Positions 1 to 7,599 of a DNA stretch of 10,454 bases are shown one piece after another. The number at the start of each line of letters is the position of its first letter. The first letter of the stretch is position 1. Origin of the DNA: Thermoproteota archaeon (GTDB taxonomy: Archaea; Asgardarchaeota; Jordiarchaeia; Jordiarchaeales; Freyrarchaeaceae); assembly GCA_029258835.1 (NCBI GenBank), contig JAPDJY010000071.1:1-10454 (forward strand). The letters run 5' to 3'. The notes under the pieces were generated by a model that was not told the DNA's origin, ran no database searches, and saw nothing but the letters and a program-made list of their open reading frames with translations. The position numbers and the translations under genes were made by a program.

Positions 1-114
1 AGCAGCCCCAGAGGACAGAACCCTCAGATGAGGGGCTCCCGAGCTCCCCCAATAACCCACGAAACCCACCCGGGCCAATGCGTGGAAAGGAGTAGACACC
101 CACAAAACCCCATC

Positions 115-530
115 TACCCCAAAACCCGGCACCTCCAACCTTTTTCGAGTAAAGGATGCTTGCAAAGGTCAGGAATGCGGTGGGCATGAGCGAGCTGGGA
201 GCCAAAGCTTTTCGGAAATAGCGCCTTTCAGAGCAGGCAAACGGAGACAGAAAGACAGCTGCATTATAAACTCCTATAGTCTTCCGTCTCTTCCATGCGA
301 AGAGGGCTTCACCACAGCAGGATCAGCCACGTTAAGCGTGACGCATGTGAAGCATGAGAAGGCCATTAGCCACAGCAATAGCGGCGCCCCAATCGTCTTT
401 CCGCTTAAGGAGTTCTGATGAAAAGCATACGCGTATGCGAATCCTATTCCGACCAGCGCCGCTGAAAGAGTGAAAAAGCCTCCGGCCTACCATCAATACT
501 CTCAGAAGCGTTCGCTGATGTCTCCATGAG
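115..530 (-). pseudogene. Possible decayed MFS-type membrane transporter fragment
   Basis: Hand translation of the minus strand across several frames gives ordered hydrophobic pieces: HGDISERF (loosely like MFS motif A, GxLSDRFG), GGFFTLSAALVGIGFAYAYAF, IGVYNAAVFLS, GAISEK and MPTAFLTFASILYSKK. No continuous ORF. Boundaries are approximate. Confidence 0.3.
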
Positions 531-649
531 CTGTTTTCCCATGTTGAGGAGAAAAATGGGAAGGAAGAAAATGGGGAACTTGCTGAAATCTCTCCCAGAA
601 CTCTACGAGAAAGAAAAAACAAAGTTAAACATCCTTTTTCGAACTTAGT

Positions 650-682
650 CCTTCTCTTTTCTAAAAAAGGAGAAGGGAGGGG
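650..682 (-). terminator. Pyrimidine/T-tract, likely archaeal intrinsic terminator of the 683-1651 gene
   Basis: Minus strand reads CCCCTCCCTTCTCCTTTTTTAG immediately after the TAA stop. Confidence 0.45.
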
Positions 683-1651
683 TTAGCGCCGCCTCATATA
701 CCATGCTATTACTGCTATGGCGGCGATGACTGCTACTCCTGCGCCACCGACCACGATCAGGAAGTTGGTCTGGCTGGACTGCTGGTAGTAGAAGAGGAAG
801 CCTAGCATTAGCATGGTCGTCGTGTCGTGTGCAAAGTAGGATACGTTAAAGTCAACTAAGTTCATCGTCATGTGTCCTGGCGCATCATAGTAGACGAAGT
901 TTTTTACTTCCGGAGAATACCAGTATAATCCCGGGAACACTAGGACGGTCGCATCTTCAGCATCCATCCTTGACACGGCCACCAGCCACGTGTCAAATTC
1001 TCCTGCCCCAGTGCTCACGGTGGTCTCGTTGATCACCTTGCCGCTAACCCAGTAATCATAAGCACCAAAATAGTAGTATGGCGAAGCCGTATAGTTCTCC
1101 CAAGTATATGTCTCGTTGCTCCATCCACCTCCCGAATAGTGCGCAATGTATCCTACTCGGTGCTCTTTCACAGAGGTATTCCACGTTTTCCCCCTTTCTA
1201 GCGGAAACTGGAAGATAGGATAGCTAGTGTTTAAAATAGATTTAATGTATGTTTCAGTATAGCTTGATTCAGCAGTATTATTCAAAATTAAGTACATTTC
1301 TGCGCGTACTATGTACATGTTTTCTTTCGAGTAGTACTGCATCATCACAAGCCGGTTAATCAGCGTATCACTTCTGGATTCAGATATTATAGTGTAATTA
1401 TACGTTTCCAAGTCCTCTGTAAGGTTCCAGTCCTCCGCGTTGAGCACCGCAACACCCTCACAACACACAGTAACGTTGTCACCCGGGTAGAAGTCCTCCA
1501 CTTCGGTAACATTGTATATCCATGTGTCGCCTTCCACTGGTTGGCCTACGGGGCTCCCACTTATGGCGACAGCTAAAGGTGTAGAGGCTAGTGGTAGTAA
1601 GAGAAGAAATGCGAATAACAGCACTGCTAATAATAAATTTCTACAAGTCAT
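683..1651 (-). CDS. Secreted, C-terminally membrane-anchored cell-surface glycoprotein (322 aa)
   Basis: N-terminal signal peptide (RNLLLAVLLFAFLLLLPLAS). The Tyr/Thr/Asn-rich body has 11 N-x-S/T sequons and motifs FPLERGKTW, ETTVSTGAGEFDTW and WYSPEV, typical of beta-rich exported domains. C-terminal TM helix plus RRR tail. RBS-like AAGGAGAAGG and a TATA box upstream. Confidence 0.88.
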   Translation of the reverse strand: MTCRNLLLAVLLFAFLLLLPLASTPLAVAISGSPVGQPVEGDTWIYNVTEVEDFYPGDNVTVCCEGVAVLNAEDWNLTEDLETYNYTIISESRSDTLINRLVMMQYYSKENMYIVRAEMYLILNNTAESSYTETYIKSILNTSYPIFQFPLERGKTWNTSVKEHRVGYIAHYSGGGWSNETYTWENYTASPYYYFGAYDYWVSGKVINETTVSTGAGEFDTWLVAVSRMDAEDATVLVFPGLYWYSPEVKNFVYYDAPGHMTMNLVDFNVSYFAHDTTTMLMLGFLFYYQQSSQTNFLIVVGGAGVAVIAAIAVIAWYMRRR

Positions 1652-1683
1652 ACGACCTTCTCCTTAACCATTCATACAAAGTA

Positions 1684-1697
1684 TACTTAAATTTTCT
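1684..1697 (-). promoter_or_regulatory. BRE/TATA promoter of the surface-protein gene
   Basis: Minus strand AGAAAA-TTTAAGTA about 33 nt upstream of the ATG at 1651. Confidence 0.5.
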
Positions 1698-2015
1698 TAT
1701 AAAAAATTTTAGATTTTAACATTTGAAGTCTCTTCTTTTTTAAGAAATTTTTTAAGAAGTTCGAGCAGGGAGCTTACTGATGTCCTTCTTATCTAGAGAG
1801 GTTAACCGTTCAAACCAAGCTTTCTGGAAAAGGAGGGATTAAGTGCTGAAAAATCTGAAATCGCTTCCTCTAAAAATGTCCCTTCATTCGCTTCGTTTCT
1901 AAAAAATAAGGGAGGATAAACGCTTAAATTTTATTGGTTGGTGGTGTTGGCCGGGTGGGTGCTTGCACGATTACGAATCGTTCCTGTGGCGTAAGCGTTT
2001 TAATATTCTAAGTCC

Positions 2016-2103
2016 ATAAAAATTGTATGAAATTCAACTTTATGAATAAAATTTCGCTTTAACCCCTATTTGAGAAGTTATGTGAATAAAAATTGCGTGA
2101 AAT
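2016..2103 (+). repeat. Imperfect 18-bp direct repeat just upstream of the cassette junction (attI-like region)
   Basis: ATAAAAATTGtaTGAAAT (2016-2033) vs ATAAAAATTGcgTGAAAT (2086-2103), 16/18 identical, 70-bp period. Partial third copy TGAATAAAATTT at 2043-2054. Confidence 0.55.
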
Positions 2104-2132
2104 ACGCGTTAAGTGAAATGCGCGTATCGCTT

Positions 2133-2146
2133 GAAAAAGATTTAAG
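2133..2146 (+). promoter_or_regulatory. Cassette-internal BRE/TATA promoter for the TA operon
   Basis: GAAAAAGA-TTTAAG about 32 nt before ATG 2178; RBS AGGTGG at 2168-2173. Confidence 0.55.
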
Positions 2147-2177
2147 CCGAGAGTGAAATAAGGTAATAGGTGGCAAA

Positions 2178-2479
2178 ATGAGAAAATCGCTTGATAGGAT
2201 AAAGGAGATTCTTAAAGAGCATGGGAAGAGCTGAAGGAAAAATATGGAGTTAAGGAGATCGGTATTTTTGGTTCTTATTTAAGAGGAGAAGCTGGAGAAG
2301 AAAGCGATCTTGATATTTTAGTGGAATTTGAGCATGATGCGAAGATTAGTCTTTTAGATTTTGTTGAACTGGAAAATTATCTCAGCGATTTGCTTGGGGT
2401 AAAAGTTGATTTGGTTGAAAAATCTGCGTTAAAACCAGGGATCGGCAAACGTATTCTAGATGAGGTTGTATACGTATGA
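2178..2479 (+). pseudogene. mntA: Minimal nucleotidyltransferase (MNT) antitoxin, one frameshift
   Basis: [15 protein letters not shown], then a 1-nt loss near 2223-2225 (premature TGA 2232-2234). The other frame continues [36 protein letters not shown]...GVKVDLV...[16 protein letters not shown] with an intact GSx10DxD motif. Stop overlaps the next ATG (ATGA). Confidence 0.9.
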
Positions 2480-2825
2480 AAAGGGAAATTGGCGACTATG
2501 TAGAGGACATTTTGGAAGCTATGACTAACGCTATGGAATTCACAAAAGATATGTTCATATGATGAGTTCGTTAAAGATGCTAAAACTGTATATGCGGTTA
2601 TCAGAGCCATAGAAATTGTTGGAGAGGCTGTCAAAAATATACCAGAAGACACGAGAAAGAAATATCCAGATATTCCTTGGAGAAGTATGGCTGGAATGAG
2701 AGATAAAGTCATACATGCGTATTTCGGTGTTAAGCTTGAAAGAGTTTGGGAAGTTGTAAAAAGAGATATACCTTAACCTTAAGCCTAAATTTGAGAAGAT
2801 ATTGAGAGAGGAGGTAAAAGAGTGA
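2476..2825 (+). pseudogene. hepT: HEPN RNase toxin (DUF86 family), two +1 frameshifts
   Basis: [26 protein letters not shown], extra T near 2554, SYDEFVKDAKTVYAVIRAIEIVGEAVKNIPEDTRKKYPDIPWRSMAGMRDKVIHAYFGVKLERVWEVVKRDIP, extra T near 2774, NLKPKFEKILREEVKE*. The Rx4H catalytic motif RDKVIH (2699-2716) is intact. Confidence 0.9.
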
Positions 2826-2886
2826 TAGCAGGAGTCTTCCGCGACGGCGGGCACTCTGCGGTACTTCGCACCTTGCCCTTCGGGTC

Positions 2887-2968
2887 ACTTAACAGGTGGA
2901 TATGTGGCTCGCTCATGCTCGCCAAAATTTGCCTACGGCAAACTTCACATATCCCCGGAACGTCATTA
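2887..2968 (+). other. attC-like recombination site
   Basis: R'' ACTTAAC (2887-2893); inner inverted repeat GGATATGTG (2898-2906) / CACATATCC (2946-2954); internal hairpin TTTGCC-TAC-GGCAAA (2928-2942); degenerate R' GTCATTA (2962-2968). Spacers are somewhat non-canonical and R' has GTC instead of GTT. Confidence 0.65.
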
Positions 2969-3188
2969 CCAACAATAAGCTAACAGAACCCTGTTTTCGG
3001 CTTTATTTGTTCCTTTGCTGCAGGGTTTGTGTGGTGGATGGTGTTTAGCTGGTGGCTGGCGTTTTGTTGCGAGTGCTGGGTTGGTGGAGGTGTAGGGTTA
3101 AGTTTCTTCATGGTTAGCGGCGTGCCGCTTTGCTGCTATTTTGCGTTAACGTTATAGGGTGGTTTTCCCGGGTTTTACCGTGGTGGTG

Positions 3189-3716
3189 TTGGGGCGGGGG
3201 AAGCGTGGGTTTAAGCTGACCATTGAGCTTGTTCCGTCCACGGCGTGGTTTTCCTCCCTTTACCATGTTTACAGGGAGGCGGGTAGGCTGGACGAGTGGA
3301 GGAGGCTTAAGGAGGAGCTCTTCGAGAGGGAGGGTAGGAGGTGCTGGATATGTGGGAGGAGGGGCGGGCGCTTGGAGGCTCACGAGTTCTGGGAGTACGA
3401 TGATGAAAACCACGTTCAGAGGCTGGTGGCTGTACATCATCTTTGCAGCATGTGTCATAAGGTGAAGCACATAGGGTTTTGGTGCTACACGAGGGAGGGG
3501 AGGGAGAGGCTGGCGAGGGAGGGGCTGACGAGGGAGGACCTGATCGAGCACTTTTGCAGGGTTAACAACTGTACGAGGGAGGACTTTGAGAGGCACGAGG
3601 AGGAGGCCTTCAGGAAATGGGTGGAGAGGAGTAGGCACCGGTGGAGGCAGGATCTCGGAAGCTATCATCCAGACGGGCAGCGGGTGTCGCGGCGGCCGCT
3701 GAAGGGTAGAGGCTAG
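3189..3716 (+). CDS. HNH endonuclease family protein
   Basis: KLTIELVPSTAW...CWICG...LEAHEFWEYDD...LCSMCHKVKHIG: Zn-binding CxxC pairs and an HNH-type active site. The ORF is open from 3159; TTG 3189 was chosen because GGTGGTG precedes it. Confidence 0.85.
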   Translation: MGRGKRGFKLTIELVPSTAWFSSLYHVYREAGRLDEWRRLKEELFEREGRRCWICGRRGGRLEAHEFWEYDDENHVQRLVAVHHLCSMCHKVKHIGFWCYTREGRERLAREGLTREDLIEHFCRVNNCTREDFERHEEEAFRKWVERSRHRWRQDLGSYHPDGQRVSRRPLKGRG

Positions 3717-3801
3717 CTGCCTCCTTCGCCGGGTGGCACCCTGTGAGATCGCAATGTTTATTTTGTCGTTTTTATTTTAGCATATTTTGAGGTGTCATAT
3801 T

Positions 3802-5184
3802 TTGAGGCGAAAAGTTTTCGTTGACAGGGAGCGGGAGGTTGGGCTGCTGGAGGAGCTTTGGGGGAAGCCCGGCTTCGCCCTAGTGTTCGTCTACGGGAGG
3901 AGGAGGGTTGGTAAGACGCGTATGCTCTCCGAGTTCTTTAAGGGTAAGCGTGGCGTCTACTACGTTGCGGTCGAGGCCCCGTACGAGGCGGTTTGCAGGG
4001 AGTTCTCCGAGTGCGTTAAGCGCTCCCTTAACATGCCTTTTTCCGGTGACGTTGTGGAGGTTATCGACGCCTTGTCTAGGGCTTGCGGGGAGAGGGTTCT
4101 GGTTGTGGTGGACGAGTTCCAGTATGTTGTTGAGGCTGACGGCGGCGTTGTTTCACGCCTCCAGCGCCTCATAGACTCGTCCCTTTCCGAGAGGGACCTC
4201 ATGCTCGTGCTTTGCGGGTCGGCGGTTTCGTTCTTCGAGGAGAGGCTGCTTGGGTATAGGAGCCCGCTGTTTGGGAGGAGGACCGCGTCCATCAAGCTCA
4301 AACCCTTGGGCTTCCTTCAGGTGAGGGGTTTCTTTCCAAGGTATGGGCTGGAGGACTTGCTCAGGGTTTACGCTGTGGCAGGTGGGACGCCGGCGTACCT
4401 TGAAAGGCTGAGCGATGAGGTTTGCTTCGAGGATAACCTGAGGGAGGCTGTGACCCCCGGAAGCTACCTTTACGATGAAGCCTTAAACCTGCTGAGGCAG
4501 GAGGTTAGGGAGCCGCGCACCTACCTTTCCATTCTCTCGTCTGTGGCTGAGGGGAGGACTTCTCAGGGGGAGGTTGCATCCGCAGCCCACGTGGATCCAC
4601 GTGCGTTGGTTAAGTACGTGGACTTGCTCGAGGAGCTTGAGATACTGGTGAGGGTGAGGCCGCTAGGCTACAGGAGGCCCGTCAGGCTGGAGTTCAAGGA
4701 CAACTACTTCCGGTTCTGGTTCACCTACCCCTACAGGCTCAGGAGCATGCTTGAGTCGGGCTATGTGGACGAAGCCGTCAGCTACATACTCGAAACGTTC
4801 AACGAGTACCTTTCGAGGGTTTTCGAGGGAGTGCTCGCGGAGCTGGCCCCCGCCCTGCACGCCAGGGGGCTGATAGACGCGAAGCCGGTGGAGGTTGGAA
4901 GATGGTGGCATAAGGACGTGGAGATAGACGTCGTCGTCAGGGAGCCGGGGAGGGCTGCGGTGTTCATGGAGGCGAAGTGGAGCAGAGTCAAGGTTAGAGA
5001 CGCTGAAAGGGAGCTCAGGAGGCTGGAGGAGAAGACGCTGAAAACAGGGGTTACGGCGCCGGAGAACAGCTACGTTCTGGCCGCCAGGGAGGTGGTGGAC
5101 GCGGAGACACCATACGAGGTGGACGAGCACAGGAAAATAATCGATTTAAAGGCAATCAGCAAGGTGCTAGGGTTAAAGCCGTAA
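3802..5184 (+). CDS. Archaeal ATPase (COG1672-type AAA+ ATPase, winged helix, C-terminal DUF234/PD-(D/E)XK domain)
   Basis: FVDREREV, Walker A YGRRRVGKT, Walker B VVVDEFQY, LCGS, SPLFGRRT, GGTPAYL, DNYFRFWF and GRWW...EIDVV...EAKW. TTG 3802 follows RBS GAGGTG (3789-3794); the ORF is open from 3787. Confidence 0.93.
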   Translation: MRRKVFVDREREVGLLEELWGKPGFALVFVYGRRRVGKTRMLSEFFKGKRGVYYVAVEAPYEAVCREFSECVKRSLNMPFSGDVVEVIDALSRACGERVLVVVDEFQYVVEADGGVVSRLQRLIDSSLSERDLMLVLCGSAVSFFEERLLGYRSPLFGRRTASIKLKPLGFLQVRGFFPRYGLEDLLRVYAVAGGTPAYLERLSDEVCFEDNLREAVTPGSYLYDEALNLLRQEVREPRTYLSILSSVAEGRTSQGEVASAAHVDPRALVKYVDLLEELEILVRVRPLGYRRPVRLEFKDNYFRFWFTYPYRLRSMLESGYVDEAVSYILETFNEYLSRVFEGVLAELAPALHARGLIDAKPVEVGRWWHKDVEIDVVVREPGRAAVFMEAKWSRVKVRDAERELRRLEEKTLKTGVTAPENSYVLAAREVVDAETPYEVDEHRKIIDLKAISKVLGLKP

Positions 5185-5385
5185 GCCAGCGGGCGGAGGC
5201 GAGCAAGCAAACTGGGTATCGGACGGGTGCCGCCACCATTAAGAAGGCTCCCCCACAAGCCAATCAGCAGTCAAGATGGAGGGATCAGAAGGGTTCTCTC
5301 GAGGAGCTCGTGGAGAGAAAAGGAGAGAGAAGGGTGAAGGGAGAAGGGGGTGGAGGGGAGGTGAAGCCGGAGGAGCCCGTCGAGG

Positions 5386-5680
5386 ATGGGGGAGCAGGTA
5401 GTTCTCCTAGACGTAAGCATTCTCATTGAAATGCTCGAGTGGCAGGCTTCAGATGGCATGTGAAGCCGGAGAACTCCGCCTCCTCCACCTCACTCCACGG
5501 GTAACTGGGAAGAGGAAGCCTTCTTCAGGGTCTGGAAGAAGCCCTTTAACGCCGTCAGCCTGACGGTGACGTTCCCCTTCAAGGCAGCCGAGACCCTAAG
5601 AGGGGCTGAGTACAGGTGGGAGCAACGCCCACGTAGCGGCGGCCACCCTGCATGGACAAGGAACGAAGAACCCGGTCATC
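5386..5680 (+). pseudogene. vapC: PIN-domain (VapC-like) toxin remnant, with a possible VapB remnant at about 5276-5401
   Basis: ATG 5386 reads MGEQVVLLDVSILIEML (PIN N-terminal hhhDxShhh motif). Later fragments KAAETLRG and HVAAATL...TKN lie in other frames. An upstream charged frame ends ...RGWGSR* overlapping this start. Confidence 0.45.
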
Positions 5681-5769
5681 CTCAGAGCCCAATAAAAAAT
5701 ATTTAAGCGCTGACACTATCACCTCTCCAGAGAGATTGGTGGAATGTTTAATGAAAATGTTGGGGTGGG

Positions 5770-6178
5770 ATGAGGGGAGGCGGGAAGATGGTTGGAGAGG
5801 CTGAATGGGACCTGGAGACTGCAGAGTATCTTCATAGAGACGGTAGGTTTAATGCTGCTTGCTTCTACGCTCAGCAGTCCGCGGAGAAAGCGGCGAGAGC
5901 ACAGCTACACTCTGCAAACGAGTCTCCTTGGGGCACCCTGTGAGGAAGCTGCTCGTCAGGTATGCGGAAGCCACGGGGAAGAGCGTCGACCGCCTCCTCA
6001 CCTGTGCAAGAGAGCTCGACAGACGCCACGTTCCGTCTACCCGAACGCACACCCGTCAGGGACGCCACACGAAGCACACGGCGAAGCAACCTCCAAGAGG
6101 GCAATAAACCACGCAAAGGAAATATTATCCTTCGCTAGAAATCTCATTGCTAGAAAATCCGTTGAGAAGGAGGCTTGA
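5770..6178 (+). pseudogene. HEPN-domain protein (PF05168-like), multiple frameshifts
   Basis: Frame 1: EAEWDLETAEYLHRDGRFNAACFYAQQSAEKAARA...PWG (stop 5941-5943). Frame 2: GHPVRKLL...ARELDRRHVP. Frame 3: YPNAHPSGTPHEAH...AINHAKEILSFARNLI...* at 6178. Confidence 0.85.
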
Positions 6179-6548
6179 GGGCGGACGTGCCACACCCAGT
6201 GATGAAGTACGTGGATGAAGTTGCTGAGAAGTTCGGGAGCAGAGCGCATCATACTTTGAGGTCAAGGGCTAGAGGAGGCCACACGCCCCACAGCGACTAC
6301 AACCTCATAGTTATCGCAGACTTCAAGGAAAAATTCCTCGACAGGCTGGAGCCTCAACGAACCCCCAAAGCCAAACATAGAAGCACCCAGCTACAACCCT
6401 CCAAGCTCGAAAAATGCTCCAGCAAGGCAACGCAACAGCCCTAACACAATACGCGAAGGAACCCCCACACGGCGAAAAATACTTCAACAAGTACTCGAAA
6501 CAACTAAAAAAGCTTCTCAACGCAGGATTAAAAAGAACAAGCACATAG
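6175..6548 (+). pseudogene. MNT nucleotidyltransferase antitoxin remnant paired with the upstream HEPN
   Basis: Start overlaps the HEPN stop (TTGA). SRARGGHTPHSDYNLIVIADFKEKFLDR is a damaged GSRARGDxxxxSDxD motif. Later fragments EKMLQQGNATAL, EGTP and GEKYFNKYSKQLKKLLNAGLKRTST* end at TAG 6546-6548. Confidence 0.75.
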
Positions 6549-7034
6549 AAACCCCCAAACACACAAAAAACAAAAAAGAAAAATAAAAACAAGCAACAAC
6601 AAGAACAGGGATTCTGATTTCGTCAAAGAGCTGTGCCAAGGATTCCGATGCAGCCTAATTTTAGCAGGTCTCCTCCATCCTCCTCCACTTCACCAATAAA
6701 CTTAATTCTACAGCACCTGTGATGACGCGTTTAATCATCTACGGCTTTTCTCTCTTTCGGCACGGAATGAGATTTTTAAGCCAGTAATCTCCATCAAATC
6801 ATCAGTTCCTGCTTTGCAACTAGACCTAAAATTAAATTATCCATTATTCTATTCTAATTGTTTAATATTTTTCAACCTTAGCGAGAATAAAACAATTCTT
6901 CTCGGAATTTTTTCATCACTAATAAATCCCGTAGCGTCGCAACCTGCAGCGCCATAACAGGGTTACAGTCCCTTGAATTCCCCTACTAGAATGAGAGATG
7001 ACTGGTGGTTTCCTGGTTCTGACTGACGCGTCTT

Positions 7035-7350
7035 CGGTTAAATCTTCAAGTTGTGTGGACGAGGTGTGGCCACATGCCCTTTTACGGCTTTTATTGGTTT
7101 CTGTTGTGGTGTTGGGAGGGTTCGTTTTCGAGGTGTTTGGGGGTGTCGAGCCCGTCACTTTCGCGGTTTGCCGGGTGTTTTCCCTGCTGTACTTCTTGGC
7201 TGGGGTATGTGTTTTTGAGTGTTGGGTACTTCGGATGGTGTTTGGGCGGAGGTGAACTTGTTGCTGGCTTCCTCCCCTTGTGCTCTTCTTTTAGAAGTTG
7301 AGTGTTGGGTTAGCGTTGGAGTTGGCGCTGGCTTCTTTTGGGTTGGCTGG
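7035..7350 (-). pseudogene. Possible heavily eroded tyrosine recombinase catalytic domain
   Basis: Ordered motif-like fragments across frames: PKEA (7344-7330), LNF, KGRK (7279-7268), QVHLRPNTIR, YSRENTRQTAKVTG, TPKHL(R)K (7144-7130), PIKAVKG, GHTS (GH at 7071-7066) and TT-(L)KI. Catalytic residues are not cleanly preserved. Confidence 0.3.
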
Positions 7351-7599
7351 GATGGGGTTTAGTGTTTTGTCGGTTGGCTCGTTCGCCTTGCTGGTGGGTT
7401 TACTTTCTGGTTTGGTGGTTTGCCTAGCTGTTCTGGTGTTCGTGAGGGTTGAGGCTTAAACCGGGAGTGGCTGCAATCCTTCACTCTGATCGCTCGTCGG
7501 CGGGGTTTTACGCCGTTAAACTTTTCCTTGGTGGCTGTGGACGCTAAACTTGGGTGGCGTGGGCGGTCGTGTGAAGCCTTCACGGGCGGGTTTCACCCT

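Larger units (their letters stand above)
2109..2962 (+). mobile_element. Integron-like gene cassette carrying an MNT-HEPN toxin-antitoxin pair
   Basis: Left junction G|TTAAGTGA (2108-2116) fits GTTRRRY and is the exact reverse complement of TCACTTAAC (2885-2893, RYYYAAC) at the start of the downstream palindromic site. The TA genes inside are visibly AT-richer than the genes to the right. Confidence 0.7.

Noticed and set aside
425-438. Perfect 14-bp palindrome GCATACGCGTATGC
   Set aside because: Single occurrence inside a probable coding remnant; no supporting context.
1821-1920. TTTCT(G/A)(G/A)AAA...GGAGG motifs (also near 658) as ORB origin boxes
   Set aside because: Poor match to the ORB core and no cdc6/orc1 nearby; better explained as minus-strand pyrimidine tracts.
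2377-2854. Minus-strand ORFs 2377-2712 and 2555-2854
   Set aside because: Antisense shadows of the frameshifted MNT/HEPN genes on the + strand.
2978-3119. Second attC between AGCTAAC (2978) and GTTAGCG (3113)
   Set aside because: No convincing inner L-box pairing adjacent to both ends, and no gene between it and the first site.
3114-5258. ORFs overlapping the HNH and ATPase genes (3114-3668, 3223-3465, 3908-4174, 3960-4301, 4663-5130, 4782-4991, 5070-5258)
   Set aside because: Alternate-frame or antisense to well-supported genes, with no motifs of their own.
6620-6960. AT-rich island as another cassette (minus-strand GTTATGG at 6958-6952)
   Set aside because: No complementary R'' with a folded site at the other end and no credible ORF.
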